The notes: generated from the letters alone by a model not told the origin. 64,000 bases of DNA from Iphione sp. A-MEVVRFRX5 (GCA_976226885.1 OZ320314.1:31496001-31560000), one strand, 5' to 3'. Shown: positions 49,915 to 63,358, counted from the first letter of the stretch. Numbers and translations are program-made.

Positions 49915-50399
49915 GTAGGTTGAATATACCATTCATGTCATAATCTCATATGTATGAAGAAATTCGTGCTTACCAACTCATATACAACTCCATAGACTAG
50001 ATGAGGGCCACCATTTTAATTTTGCGTTGAGGGTGTATTGATTTTGTGAATATGTTAAGTGTCAAAATTACTTAATGCTAAATTTCCATGTGTGGCTGTG
50101 TCTGGCCATAGAAGTGCATGAAACAGACCTTTGGCCCAAGCCACGGCTAGAGACACATGTCAAAAATGTCCCTAATTTGTATGTCATTTGAATTAAACAT
50201 CATAATTTCACACAATTTCAAGTATTATGGCGCATATTCAAGACATTGTGCTGCAAGAAAGCGCGTCAAATCTTTATTGTAAAATTTCACTGTGAATACA
50301 TGCACACAAAGACACACTCTCCCAGTAAAAACATGGTTACAAGGAGATATATTTTTCATGGGACTTCAAAGCACAATGGTGATTTGCATACATGGAAAA

Positions 50400-50730
50400 T
50401 AGGCCTTAAAAATATGTGTTTTCAGTAATATGCTGAAAATCTATGGGGCCAGGCGGTCAGTGCTATTTTTTTATTTTCTTTCTTTTGAATGTTAATTCAT
50501 GCTGACATGAAGAAATGTGTATGGTTATATCACTTCTACTGCTTCAATGTTGATTAAACTTACATCAAATGAACGCTAGTAACCAAAGGAACAAATTGCC
50601 GTTTAATATAAGTTTTATCATTATTTTTTCTGTTATTCCAAAAACCAAGAAAAAAATGAAAAGTCACAACTGGCTCTAATGTAGGGTCGGTTGGGTTACC
50701 AGAAACACAGATATCTTTTATTTAGGCCTT
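50400..50730. mobile_element. MITE, AGGCC-terminal family, copy 3
   Basis: Left aggccttaaaaatatgtgttttcagtaat, right gttaccagaaacacagatatcttttatttaggcct. Confidence 0.7.
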
Positions 50731-52954
50731 AGGCCTTATCCTAGAAACTGCTGGTTACAAGCAAGCTGTGTGATCATACTGCAGACTGATATAATCAAAT
50801 AGATAACATAAAATAATATAACATTCCACAGATACAAGCAACAGACGATACTATCCTGTATACAGAATGGTGCTCTGTATTTGTGTGTACAGTATCAAAA
50901 CCTGCAATTGCTGATTTTATCATAGTCAACTGGAACAGTATCAAAATTATTACCCAACACCTTTCAATATAGGTTCGAATGTTCAATTGCTGCGCAGAGT
51001 AGGGTGACTTAACCGTTCTTGATTTGGACAAATATGGTTGATGTACTTGCACAAGTCAAATAATATGTACCCTTCAATTCGTCGTTGCTAGTTCCTTTAT
51101 AAGCTGTTAAAAACACGTTTTAGCGTTCATTCAATCACTGTTATGAACCTATGAACACGTTAAGTCATTCCCTTCCTCCCCAAGCACGATCGCATTCATC
51201 CTCTGTTTTGAAACTAGTCCTCTAGTATCCGTTATAGTGCAAAACATCAGAACTCGGGACAGCCTTGGTTCCCACCCAAAGTGGCCGTATCATGGGGTGA
51301 CCACAGTTATGAGAGAGATACGACCATGTTTCAGTCTATTTATCATCGGGATAAGGCATTTATTTAGCATTGGAAAAGAGAACACACTGGACTGCACTGA
51401 AGAAATCTATTCATAACTTTTGACTAGGATAGATCAATACAAGTCAAGCACCAAGCAAAGCTTTACACCTGCATATCTATGATAGACAAGTCCAGGGCAT
51501 AGATAAGTCAATATACTGCTTATAAACAGACTAAATCAACAACTGCTACATGATGCTGTGCTTCTCCAGAAAGAATATTTCCAATTCTGTCTGTATAGTC
51601 TGGGTTTGGTGCCCTGTGGAGGTGAAATTCACCAATGGCTGTCATGAAAGAGGACAGGAACCTGTATGTATAGACTGCTAATTGAAGTTACAACGACCCC
51701 CAGTCAAGTGGATTTTTTCATGGACCTTTATGGAATGAGGTATCTTGTTCTTGCTACTGCCACGTGATGGGCAGATAAACTACTACGACACACCAAACAT
51801 CGTGGCAGTCTGTCCAAGGTCGTAGTCGTAACGTTATATATTCACAAACGATTCCTTGAAGAGGACCAGAAGTCATATCCGTCAGATCACTATGCCACAG
51901 CTGTCTGTCAAGTCTGCTGCACATATATATAGATAGATGCTTATATTATATACATGTATATGGAAATCCATGATTATGGTCTCTTTTAAAGGGCGGATCT
52001 GTCTATACTCCTGTCAGCTTTTAAAGAAAATTTATTCCCTTGATGTTTTACACAACCTTCTACGAGAAAGGTATAATACACCTACACATTCGATGTACGA
52101 TTATACAATGTATCATAATTGCATCATACACGATATGAATGTGATTGTGCCAACATTAATTTCATCTTTAGGCATTGACGAAAAGTAGTAGCTAAGGGAA
52201 CATAGTTATGTGCTTATAGGGGTTTCATGTTTGTTCACAAGACTCGCGTTTTATTGGATGAAGCCGTTCTTTCCACAGAGCGCCGTGCACTCCTTGTCCA
52301 GTACTGTTCAGCTGGAAAGCCCCACGAGGACTGGATCAATATTGTAGGTCCTTTGATGGATACGGTTTACGATCGCAATGATTACAACATTACAAATATC
52401 GCAAAGGCAGCTTGTTAAACACAAGAAATCAGACCATTACCTTTTGTTGCTTGGGTAACGTATTTAGCCAAAAGGTTCGCCTACAATGCAATGCCTCTAT
52501 ATTGAGATGCAAACCACAATGACCGTTGATTATAAATTGTTCGTGCAAAAAGGATTTCACGATTCGGCTGCTGTTGCTGAATATGAAAAATGGATAGTAA
52601 AAGAAGGAACTCCACTTAGTTCATAATGAGCAGTTATGACGAGCACGCACCCCCCTCACATACTCCCCACGGGTCGTTTTGTCACGGTTAATGGTGATAC
52701 CCTAATGCACTTGCTGGCGGTAGAGTGCTTTTTATACCCTCAGCTCTCCGTCCACTCTTCCAACCACTCCGTACATACTTCAGTATCCTTCCTTCCCATC
52801 TCAACTACGTGCACAGCTCGTGTGATTCCCATCAACCGGCAATTTAACCTTGTGTAGCTGTAACACGACCAAATCCATTAGTCCTTATCATGAGGTCTCG
52901 CTCCTTTGCTGCCCCCCCCCTCCACGGCCGCCCCTACTGCCGTGCTTAACTAAG

Positions 52955-53113
52955 CCGGATGGTGCCGAAGGCAGCCGAGCAACTCCGAGCGCAGTGGCGC
53001 TCCTAGCGGTCACCAAGAACAGACTTTCCCAGTGGACTCCGCGTCGTAATCTGGACAAGACCAACCTGACCGCCAGGCATGCGCGCAGCCTCATCAAGGA
53101 GGCCTTCAACAAG
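52955..53113 (+). CDS. Coding exon, phase 0-0 (PDGAEGSRATPSAVALLAVTKNRLSQWTPRRNLDKTNLTARHARSLIKEAFNK)
   Basis: Pyrimidine-rich tract ending ttaactaag|, donor AAG|gtgata, GC-rich. Exact acceptor uncertain. Confidence 0.75.
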
Positions 53114-53628
53114 GTGATATCTCCATGCAAACATACCCTTCAGTGTCCATAGCAACTAGACTATCTGTTACTCTTTACCAAACCCCGAGTTGTAAAATTC
53201 TAACCTCTTTTTACGTGTTGCGAACTGATCTTATGGGGTTTACAGTGGAACTGAAAGCCGAAACGACAAGGGTGCATTCTCCCAAATATCTATCTAACAG
53301 TAGAAAAAAGTACATTCCGCTCTCATACATAATATGGCAAGCCGGGATACCACGGGGACAACTTGTCAGAGGGTCATCAGCACAGTGCTCCTCCATTTTC
53401 CTATAACTGTTCCAGTGAAGATACAGTACTGTTACAAAGAGAAAGAGAAGAACAGATCTATGAAGCACGACGTACGAAGAACGACGCCCGAAACACAACT
53501 GTCCGTATAGATAGTGAACGGCATGACTTATAAATTGTACATACGTACCTTGATATTATATTAACAATAGGTTAGATCTGTGTAAAGAATGATGTGTATC
53601 CAACTAAAACTACGGCATAAAAAGGGAG

Positions 53629-53873
53629 GGAGAGAGAGAGGGAGAGAGAGAGGGGGGGAGCGATAGTGTCAGAGAGAAGGAGAAAGAGTGGGGGATAGAG
53701 AGGGAGAGAACGGGAGAGAGTTGTAGAGAGACAGAGAGTGAGAGAGGGGTAGGGAGAGAAAAAGAGGGAGAGAGAGACGGAGGAAGTGAGAGATGGAGGG
53801 AGTGGGAGAGGCAGTGAGAGAGGGGGTGAGTGAGAGGGAGAGAGGAAGACAGAGCTAGACAGAGAGAGAGAGT
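53629..53873. repeat. GA-rich simple repeat
   Basis: Directly visible (GA)n/GGGA runs. Confidence 0.9.
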
Positions 53874-53928
53874 GATGTGACCATAGTTCTATGAATGCAG
53901 CATGTATAATCTAAACTCTGTAGCCTAG

Positions 53929-53994
53929 GAGGTTGGAGCGACGACACCCACAGACAGCGACACTGACTTTGACGCCTTGAAGAAAGAGCTTAGA
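53929..53994 (+). CDS. Coding exon, phase 0-0 (EVGATTPTDSDTDFDALKKELR)
   Basis: ctgtagcctag acceptor; donor AGA|gttggc chosen for phase continuity with 54714. Confidence 0.7.
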
Positions 53995-54713
53995 GTTGGC
54001 AGTATATATATATACACTCATCCATGTCCAATTAATCCATGATGTATTGGCAACACTTCCCATATAGAATCAAATAGAATTAAAGATGGTGGTAGTGCTT
54101 TAGGCACTCAAACACAAATACGATACGGAACTATGGGCTCTCGAGGGAGAGAAGGAGGCAACGTTGGCTTTAATTAAAACGGGCGAGATTGACACAAATA
54201 TGAAGTATACTTAATCTTTGAAACTGACAGTATAAAGCGGATTTTCCAAGCCCAGAAAGCACACAAGCAGATTACTTGGTTGCTAATTATTCAATCAGGT
54301 ATGACTGAGTGATAAATTCTACCAGACCATTTTTAAGAGTATATGTATGTATCTACTTCTGATTATTTCGATATTGCAGGATTACGATCCACGTTCTTCG
54401 TTTTCATGTGGACATTCCATTCTTATATTTATTTTTGCACCCTTTTGGCCACGATATCGAATACGCCTTTTAAGAATACAAATAATCCATTAGCACTTAG
54501 TATGTACAAATATTCATATGGCCCAGCAGGTTCCGTGACCTAACCACATCCTCTTAACGCATGCATATTTCTCATTGACAGATGAATTGTTTTTTTCGAC
54601 TGTTTCCATTAAAGAATAATCGTTCCCCGTATTGACACTGAATTCCATACTCGATTTGAAAACTGTTTAAACAGAATACATCGTGAATAAATCAGTTTCT
54701 CTCGTTCGTTCAG

Positions 54714-54774
54714 TCGAGGGGTGCCGCCTTCCCTGGAGCAAATCGTCACCCACCACAGGAGTCAGCGTTGTCTA
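54714..54774 (+). CDS. Coding exon, phase 0-1 (SRGAAFPGANRHPPQESALS)
   Basis: ttctctcgttcgttcag acceptor, A|gtaagt donor. Confidence 0.75.
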
Positions 54775-54979
54775 GTAAGTCTGGCATATTTTCTCTGACA
54801 CGCTCTTCACTGGCTTCCATTAGATGATGCTCTGCGTTTCTGTCACTACCTTTTGCTATTTTCATCAACGGGGGGAAGTGGGGGGGGGGGGGTTGTGTTA
54901 TCGATGAATATGCTATCTCGTTTGTTGACTTATTGTATCGACTCCAGAGATACAGTTTCAAGAACGTCTCAAAATGTAA

Positions 54980-55158
54980 CAGTTAAATCCCTATTTGCGA
55001 CCATATAAATTTGCGACCATTCTTGCTAATGCGACCACTTAAACAAGGAACCAAAGCTTTGATTTCTTCTGTTAACAATTACAAATTTTCAACCAAATTC
55101 ACCGATGCGATCATTTTGGGGGGGACTTGATGGTTGGTCGCAATTATGGATTCAACTG
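54980..55158. mobile_element. Short pogo-like MITE
   Basis: TIRs cagttaaatccctatttgcgacc / ggtcgcaattatggattcaactg; repeated TTGCGACC as in element D. Confidence 0.65.
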
Positions 55159-55479
55159 AAATTCAAGGACGAGTGATGATGTGAGGTACTGATAATCAGT
55201 GTCAAAATTAAAATTAAGTAGTAAATATAGGGGGTCGATAATAAGCAGTGACTGTAAATAAAATATGAAGATAAGAATTCTTACGATACATTGGAATGAC
55301 ACGGTAGCGTGATATCCTTTTTATGTATCCAATTATAAGTATCCCTATTGATGCAGAGATGAGTAAACGACAACAGTTCATTCATTCCACCAATTTCAAT
55401 ACTTCGGTGGATGAGTTTTTATATCAATGTTAGGCTCCCAACTAGACCAACGTTTTCTCAATTTCTTGGCTATAAAAAG

Positions 55480-55596
55480 GACACAGGAAAATCCTCCGGG
55501 CAAAGACCATCGTCCTTACACGACTTGGCAAACAACGATCATCCCTGGATAAGCCACCCGAGATGGACGCGGAGACAAAAAGAAGATTGCTATTAA
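55480..55596 (+). CDS. Coding exon, phase 1-1 (HRKILRAKTIVLTRLGKQRSSLDKPPEMDAETKRRLLL)
   Basis: ttcttggctataaaaag acceptor, A|gtatga donor, 117 nt. Confidence 0.75.
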   Translation, partial: DTGKSSGQRPSSLHDLANNDHPWISHPRWTRRQKEDCY

Positions 55597-56792
55597 GTAT
55601 GAGAGTTAGCTTAAGATGACTTACCCTCGTGTTGGTTGCCACGGTTTCCCCCTCGACCCTCAACTGTATGAACATAATTTCTTTATTTGACCGTTGATGA
55701 GGCCAATATTTAGTAGGTATGATATACTGCAACGTAGTTGGGAAAGGATAGAGTCAACCCACTCACACACACCTGCACTCACACACTCATATAAACGCTA
55801 ACACACACTCACACCCACATATGATACCTACTGTCTAAGATGGTTCGTATCTACCCAGCTGACATGTTTCTTACGTGTCACGGGAAAAAAAATTGCATAA
55901 CTAGGTGGGATGCAACACGAGAGGCCAACACGTCAAACAAACCCGTTGTTCCTTTTGCACGATGTAAGCATCTGACTGTCACGAACCGCACACACAAGCT
56001 GCTAATCGTTTCGAAAAAGCAATACCTGTTGTCTCTTGTCTGGCTGATATATTGTTCAGGGTGGCTAAGTTTCTTTTGTAGATTACCATTAATGACATGA
56101 GAAAGTTAATGTACTTTGAGTCTAAGTGCAGTGGCGCTCAATGAAGCCCTGTTACCCCGAGTCTCATGGGTATTTAAACTAAGAGTATAATTTGAAAAGC
56201 TGTCAAGATTATTCTTTCCAAAAGTCAATATTTTCCCCCAATAGACCTTTACATCTATATATCGAATAGATAGTTTATATTTACCCTACACTAAAAATGA
56301 ATATTTCTCATACAAGTAATTATTATGTTCAAGTAGTCACTGGACTAACGTTCAACTATTGAATAATGTAGGCTGAATATTACAATAGTCAATATTATAT
56401 TGGAATCCTGTTTCTAATAACAGCTAAATTTGGTATTGGAGAGACTTCAAGTCGTCGGAAAATAATCCATCATCTTTACAGGTTAATCAAAATAAAAGCA
56501 GATACATATGATATCATGTCACTGAGGTGAAATGATATCAAGTAAGGTGATGATAGCTAGATGCACAAACGCCAGAGTATGAGCTATATAAACGTAATGA
56601 CATGCGGGACAAATATATTTGTGCCTAGCAATGATAACTTAAAGATGATTTCCAAAATCGCAAAAGATAAAGTAGAAGGATAAGCTCGCCATCTTTGGTT
56701 GCGTAATTTAAACGTCCGATAAATGGTCCGGGTCGGGAATACGTATTCAGAGGCAGGCATTGGGACTAATATTACTTCTCTCTTTGGTGCAG

Positions 56793-56864
56793 AATTCAGG
56801 AGAAAGAGCAGCACAATAGGCACCGTGTCAACGCTACTCAACGACATGAACGCCAAAGCCAGAG
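56793..56864 (+). CDS. Coding exon, phase 1-1 (FRRKSSTIGTVSTLLNDMNAKAR)
   Basis: ttctctctttggtgcag acceptor, G|gtgctg donor (weak). Confidence 0.7.
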
Positions 56865-59371
56865 GTGCTGCCCAACTGCCTGCGCCATTCCTTACCCAAT
56901 GCCACACTGACAGTCGTTCCTATAATATCCATAAACACCTTATTGATGCCCCTTGTTTTGCTAGTCTCATCTCATCTATCCTGAAACTTTGGTAGACTAT
57001 AACACTATAGTGATTCATGAATGCTTGGTGTTCATAAGTCCACTCACATTCAATCTTCTTTACTTTGCCCTCGCTGCTCTGTGCATCCATTGACCGCTCT
57101 CAAAGGCTATAGAATGACAGCTAGCAAGGCGGTGTTTCTTTATGAAGGAAAGAATAAGGCGATCGAAATACACGGGGGGAAGTAAATAGAGGGTAGCTGA
57201 ATGAGGAAGCAGCGCAAGAGATGGTAATCATCAGTCAACGTTGAAACGAAAAAAAAAACAACACATCTCGGTGTGAATATAAGCGAGGTATCTTGTAAGC
57301 TTTACTATTACTTCTGAGGGTGCCTTTCGAGATCAGATCTAATTTATGGATGCACAAGAATTGATGGGCTTCCGCTAGGCATGATTTGAAAAACTTACCT
57401 TCTCCACGGTGTAGGTAGGTTTCTCATTTAAAACTGTAATAAACCATTCCGTTTCAGAGCATGAGAGGTGCTCCTCTCATGTGGAGTTTCAATCAGTGTA
57501 GTATTTTCCCCATAATGTAGACATTTATGACTGGTTAGGCTGAGGCCGTGTGACTAGAAATTTAGATTTAGATCACTGTCTAGATGAGTGTACATATTTC
57601 TTGAAGTAGGGAACCTGAATCCGATGGGAGAAGTTTATTCTGCCAAGCCGAAGTGTATATAGTTTGTAGTCTAGAAATATGCTATTTTTTCACATGTAAA
57701 ACCTTTCCCGACCCCGAGATCTTCATTACATGTGAAAATGTCCAAATCAGCCATGATTATGTGGCGGATGGTGCTGATCGTTCATTAGAATGTCTGCCCT
57801 ACCCTACACAACCAACAACAGAAATCTGTTTGCACTACCAATGTGGGATATCAATGTTGTAAATATTGCTTGATATGCGATTCCTATTTCTTAATAAAAT
57901 ATATAATATAACTTCTCAAAAAAGTTATATATATTTGAGTGTAACCGTTCTATTAATTCCATTCATGATGAAAAATTATTTTCATGGCTTAACCTACTTG
58001 ACCAAGCTCTTTTTATAATGTCAAAATAAATAGAGAGGACAAGTTAACGGCTCGACTATTGTCTTAAATGCATTTATAAATTATGCAAAAGGGGACTCTT
58101 ATAAGCTGTGGTGTTATAGAACAGGACAACTATATTTCAAAACCTGGCATGTGAATATATTCGGGGTGACAAAGTTCTGTCAAAATGATCATTTTTCTGT
58201 TAGATTGTGATTGTCAACTTCGTTCTATTTATTACTTGAAATATAAGATACAAGACACTTTAGATTAATAAAGGTAATGCTTACATTAATGTATTTGTTT
58301 CACTGAACCGATTGGTGTATTTCAAACTCTCAGTTACAAATTTTGCGGACTACATGTAATTGATAGTACCTCTCAAGAAAGATAAAGCTTAATTTTACAA
58401 CCTTGTACCAATAACGTTTTGGGAACGATTTAGGTTATAAAGAAATGATGAGTTTAAAACCACTGAAACAAGTCCACCGCATAACGTGATGAACTGCAGT
58501 GCTACCATTAATCCTTCTTTACTGCAGGTCTTACAAGTGGTAAAACATTTACATGATAGTAAGGCGTTGAATTACCGACTCAACATGTCCCGACTTAACT
58601 TCGCTATGTTAAATGCTGTATCAATTAAGATTGCATAAGTATGAATGAAAAACTCTAAAAGATCGAGGCGGTGGCTTCATTGCCCACAATAATTTAACTG
58701 CCAACAACAACACCACTTAGAATGGTTTTGCTTACAAATGTCTTATACTTAAAATATATTGATTAAATGCTGAGGAATGCGTCATGGAGAGACAATAATT
58801 AGATATTTTAACCCGTCAACAGCCACTTCGCTTTCTTCTATCTCATTTTCCCGTAAACCTATATGATAATAAATATATTTCAAATCAAACTTGACCTCCA
58901 TACCAAATTTGTCATTCTTATGGAGTGTAGTCACAATTCAACTGTGAAGACCATCCTAAAAAGAGAACAGTTGGATCAATTCATATTTTCAGTCAATCAA
59001 ACAATGGTTAAATGGAATAACTACACAATGAATACTAATAGAGAAATATGAACGTCATTTTTGCAAACTGCATGTACATGAGGGGAGCTTTTATTCTTGC
59101 AATAGTATTTCAGTTAAACATGTCAGTTTTGGGGTAAGGGCTTATTCCTTCCTGTTCTAAGTGCATTGTATATGAGGATATGCCAGCGAATTAATACTTT
59201 CCTTTTCATCAATATCTGGGAAAACCTATCACTGAACGTCTACAAACGTTTGAGAAGACCTGAACGTCTGCCTCATGCACGCAAACCCAAAGCCTAGACG
59301 GAGGGCTCTAGCCATCTGGAATACGTTGTAAATACAGTCTCTGAGTGCCCTTGTGTCCCTTTTTTTCGCAG

Positions 59372-59431
59372 AAAAGAGAGAGGAAGAACAGCTGCCGCTT
59401 ATACAAACAAACGGTGATGGAGAAGATAAAG
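59372..59431 (+). CDS. Coding exon, phase 1-1 (KREEEQLPLIQTNGDGEDK)
   Basis: Strong ccctttttttcgcag acceptor and AAG|gtaaag donor, 60 nt. Confidence 0.8.
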
Positions 59432-60221
59432 GTAAAGATGGTGACACTTCTCAACTTTTTCCTGTTTTTGACAGAGATTATATTAATAGTGTGCAATTAT
59501 ATTGCTGCCGACTAGAATATTTCTCAGTAAGTTAAGCTTTTCTTGAGAAAAATATCGTACTGTCTAGCAAAGATAACGGCAAAGATAGCTATTCACGGAT
59601 TATTTTTTTCTTATTCGAACCACCATGCATTTTATATATACTTAGAAAGTCGGATTGGAAAAGGAATATTCCTTTCCTGTCCAGTTTGCTTGTAGGCCAT
59701 GCACTTAGGTGCAGGTATATCGTTCTCTTCTTGTTATTGTCAGATAAAAAAGCACAAATTAAACTCCCCAAACTCGGTAAGGACGAACTTTGCATGGTAC
59801 TATCCATTGCTCCTCTCGCCTTAGTCCCCTTTCCCTAATATTATTGAGTTCTCCCACATTCAGACCATTAGAACATAAAACCGGAATGTGAGTCATGATA
59901 CCACCAAAACGGTAAAAAAAAGAAAGTAATTAAATCGTGCTGTGCGTTCAAACCAAACATATCAAAGCCAAAACAATTACTCGCCATTCCAACAAGTTAT
60001 AGATGCGATGTACACTATAGGACTACGTTTTCTGTGTATACCTGTAGTATATTCCCTAAACCTCTGAACATTTCGTACCGTAGTATCGATTCCTTTAATC
60101 AGTTGACGGAAACCAAATCACCCATGATTTATTCTTCGTAACATCCCAAACGTCTATTTTGCACTTTTATAAATTATTTGATCCTGCAATCACCGGTCCG
60201 ATGCTCTGATAACGCAACCAG

Positions 60222-60383
60222 TTGGCGCGCGAGCCCATACCTCCAAACTGAAGGCGGTCATTCGTCTGGGCGCCCTGGCGCGGGCGGCAGGGGCACACGC
60301 CCGGTCGTCCGAGCCTCCCCCGGAGGCGCCCAAAGGGATACCCAAGATAGTGCCACCGCTACCTCCGACTCCCGAAGACTCCG
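60222..60383 (+). CDS. Coding exon, phase 1-1 (GARAHTSKLKAVIRLGALARAAGAHARSSEPPPEAPKGIPKIVPPLPPTPEDS)
   Basis: gcaaccag acceptor, G|gtgtgt donor, GC-rich island. Read-through would reach TGA at 60416-60418. Confidence 0.75.
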
Positions 60384-62725
60384 GTGTGTTGACGCATGTG
60401 TCAGCATCTCAACTATGACCACCCCCTCCCGCCCCCCCCTCTCTCTTCGAAGCTGCATGTTGACTGGCTTTTAGATGTGTTTGCACGGGAACGCTTGGCA
60501 GTTATTCTAAATGATGCATTTGAAACCTTTTCTCCGTTTTTTTTGTCGCGTGTTACGAACGTTTCGAGCGGCGCACATGTTGACGCGTAACGATCGGGAA
60601 CTTTATACTCTTCATGCGAGTTCGAAAGTCAAATTTCTTCATTTTTGAAACGATCTTCCCTGAGAATGGATCAGCATAAAACGATAAAAACTAATTTTAT
60701 ACACCATTTACATGCAATCAAGAAGACATGACAGCCACCAAGGAAGCCAGAAGAACAACCAAGCTGGTACTCTTTATTTCAAATCTTGCATTTTTAAAAG
60801 TTAACTTTAACATCTCAGACTCAAATCAGGGGATAAACCAAGCATACTATGGCCTGTGAAATGTGTTGCTTGACGCAAAATGGATTGTGCTTTTGTATGA
60901 ATAGGTGTGTGGGGGTAAGAATTAATAAGGATTATGTAGGGCAATGTTGATAATATTAGCCTTCCACTTAGTTTAATATGATACAAGAGAGTTCTGTCAC
61001 TAAAAGCCATTGACATGTGATTTTCAATCTTGCGATCGACTGATATTTAGTTCAAGAATCATTTTCCTTTTTCTTCGAAAACAAGGAGGATAATTTTCCT
61101 CTAAGAGGTTCCATTTTATCTTTTGTCGGGCATCGCCCCTCAGTTTGGAACTATCAGACCGTACATGCGTCAGAATATTTCGATTGTAAATTATTTGATG
61201 TCTCCTCTACCACCTTTCGGATATGTTGGTGAAGTGCTTAGTTGAAGGGGCAATTCTTTGGAAGAATGTCATGATCTTTCAAGTTTCTTTCGACCCGTCA
61301 ATCTGTTATTCGAATTGAATTTGCTTTGATGTCTGTATACGTTTTTGTCTTTCGAATTTTAAGGCTAAAACAAGTACTTTGGTACTTTGGCCTAAATCAA
61401 CTTCGTTTCATAAACTTGTTTCAGTTTTTAAAGACGTTAATTGACTAAGCTTTCAACACTGATTGTACTTGCCACGTTTGGGTTTGCAGAAGGTTTTGTA
61501 TCGGGAAAAACGTACTGAAATGGGTCATGCACTCGTTTCCTATTGACATGACTCCAGCCTAAACACCTGAGAGTCATTTATCACTTGGCTCGCCTTTAAC
61601 AGCGCTGTTTTTGTATTTATGAGCTGGAGAAGTGAATTTGTAAAGCCTAATGGAAGTACTTTCTCTCGTAATGATCCACCTCTGTATTCATCTGTAGCAT
61701 TTAACACATGTGTCCCCTTACATCAATCATAAATCCCTTAGAGAAGCTTAGAATTCTCTTTGGGTTGTTTTTTCCTGGTCGCATATAAAACGAACGAAGA
61801 GAGAAAATAGATTGAATTTGAGTTAAATAGGACACCAATACATTGTATATACATGTACTTATATGCGTGCCTTTCGCTGTTGTCAAGAACATATTTTTCT
61901 GTGATCAGTGGTAAACTCACTAATATTACATTTTGTCACCTGTCGCTCCGTTAATTGCGTTGTTATGCGTTTGCAAATCAGAAATGGCAGTCGAAACGCC
62001 ACACGCACACAAACATATATCTTAATATATATACCTTAGATGTAGCGCCGCTCATTTTTGCTACCTTTTGTCTACGGAGACTGTTTACTTTTGCTCTCCT
62101 CGTCTAATAGTTGGAGGGACAATCTTGCCAGTATATTCCCCGTATTCCGCTGAATGTCTACTGACGTTATTTCATCGTTTGAATCACGTGACCATACGAT
62201 ACTGGCAGCTGGTTCGTTACAGAGATCGAAAGAGAAAGGGGGAAATTGTAAGAGGAAGGAAAGAAAGGAAGGACACGGGGACGGAGAGACAAAGGAGGGA
62301 GGGGAAAAACGGACTAATGACCTGGTAATGATTGCAACGAGCGAGCGAGAAAACTACAGAGATACAAAGAAAACCGAGACAGAGAGAGTGAGAGTGACCG
62401 AGACATATTGAAACATATATCTGTTTGTGAAAATTGGGAGTTTAATCATTTGACCATGATAATGAGCTGCTAATCAAGGGACTCGAATGAGGTACCGCAA
62501 ACTAAATTAGCACGATATGTTTATGTGTGACCCCCATCGCAAGAGCTTCATTCTGGTCGTTAATTCCTACACTGCCACCTTCCAAACGATGGAACCAGAC
62601 GAAGCAAATTTTCCACCGAACGTTCGTACCTGGGACTAATGGGAACATGATTATCTTTATAACTTTCATATTCGCCTCGGACCTATAATGTATCTTAGTT
62701 CACACGTCTTTCTCCTTTTGTACAG

Positions 62726-62836
62726 AAAATATAGGTCCTGGGCGCAATCGTCATAACAAGAAGTTACGCTTCGCAGTCAAGCTTGGAGGATTAAGCAAGT
62801 CGCCGAGAGGATCCAAAGCCCAAGAGCATTCTACCG
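62726..62836 (+). CDS. Coding exon, phase 1-1 (NIGPGRNRHNKKLRFAVKLGGLSKSPRGSKAQEHST)
   Basis: tctccttttgtacag acceptor, G|gtgatc donor, 111 nt. KLRFAVKLGGL resembles KLKAVIRLGAL of the 60222 exon. Confidence 0.75.
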
Positions 62837-63358
62837 GTGATCTAATAGATACAACGAGCACCTATAAATACTAACAATTGTAGTAATTAACATCATAGTT
62901 ATATTTCAAACTGTCTCCAGGTGAAGGTCCATCGTTAGTCATCTACTGCTGCTGATGAGATTCGCGAATCCCGCCTTGCTTGAAGCACGTACGCCACCAT
63001 GTAGGCTGGCTACTAACCAAAAATAGTTGATATACTAATTTCATATTGCAGTCCAAGACTACTTGCATTCCAGACTGCCCAGCTGTATACCGCAGGATTC
63101 TTGTAGAAAATGTCACTTGCTATGTAGTTTTATTTCAAAGTTATCCCGCAGCTCTCGTCTGTAGCGGCCCATAGTTGCACACCATGTCGCTGAGAAAGGT
63201 GAGCTCTGATTTAATATATTCGTTTGTGCATGTTTGACTACTTATGTTTATGTGGTTTATTGGATCCATTCCTTACCGGCGACATCAGTTCTAGGGTTGT
63301 TTTCTTCCTCTCAATACAGTGTAAGCTTGTTGCTCTAGTCGGAAGTTGTTTTTACATT

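Noticed and set aside
51278-51300. 12-nt match CCGTATCATGGG to exon R1
   Set aside because: Expected by chance given the number of comparisons; the frame ends in a stop and has no suitable splice sites.
52279-52343. Candidate exon SAVHSLSSTVQLESPTRTGSI
   Set aside because: Good acceptor, but it ends in phase 2, which breaks the phase-0 chain from 49914 to 52955 unless an unconvincing Cys/Pro-rich extension is accepted.
62952-62975. Hammerhead ribozyme core CTGATGAG with a stem (similar cores near 24216 and 26796)
   Set aside because: The required GAAA after stem II and the stem I/III pairings are absent.
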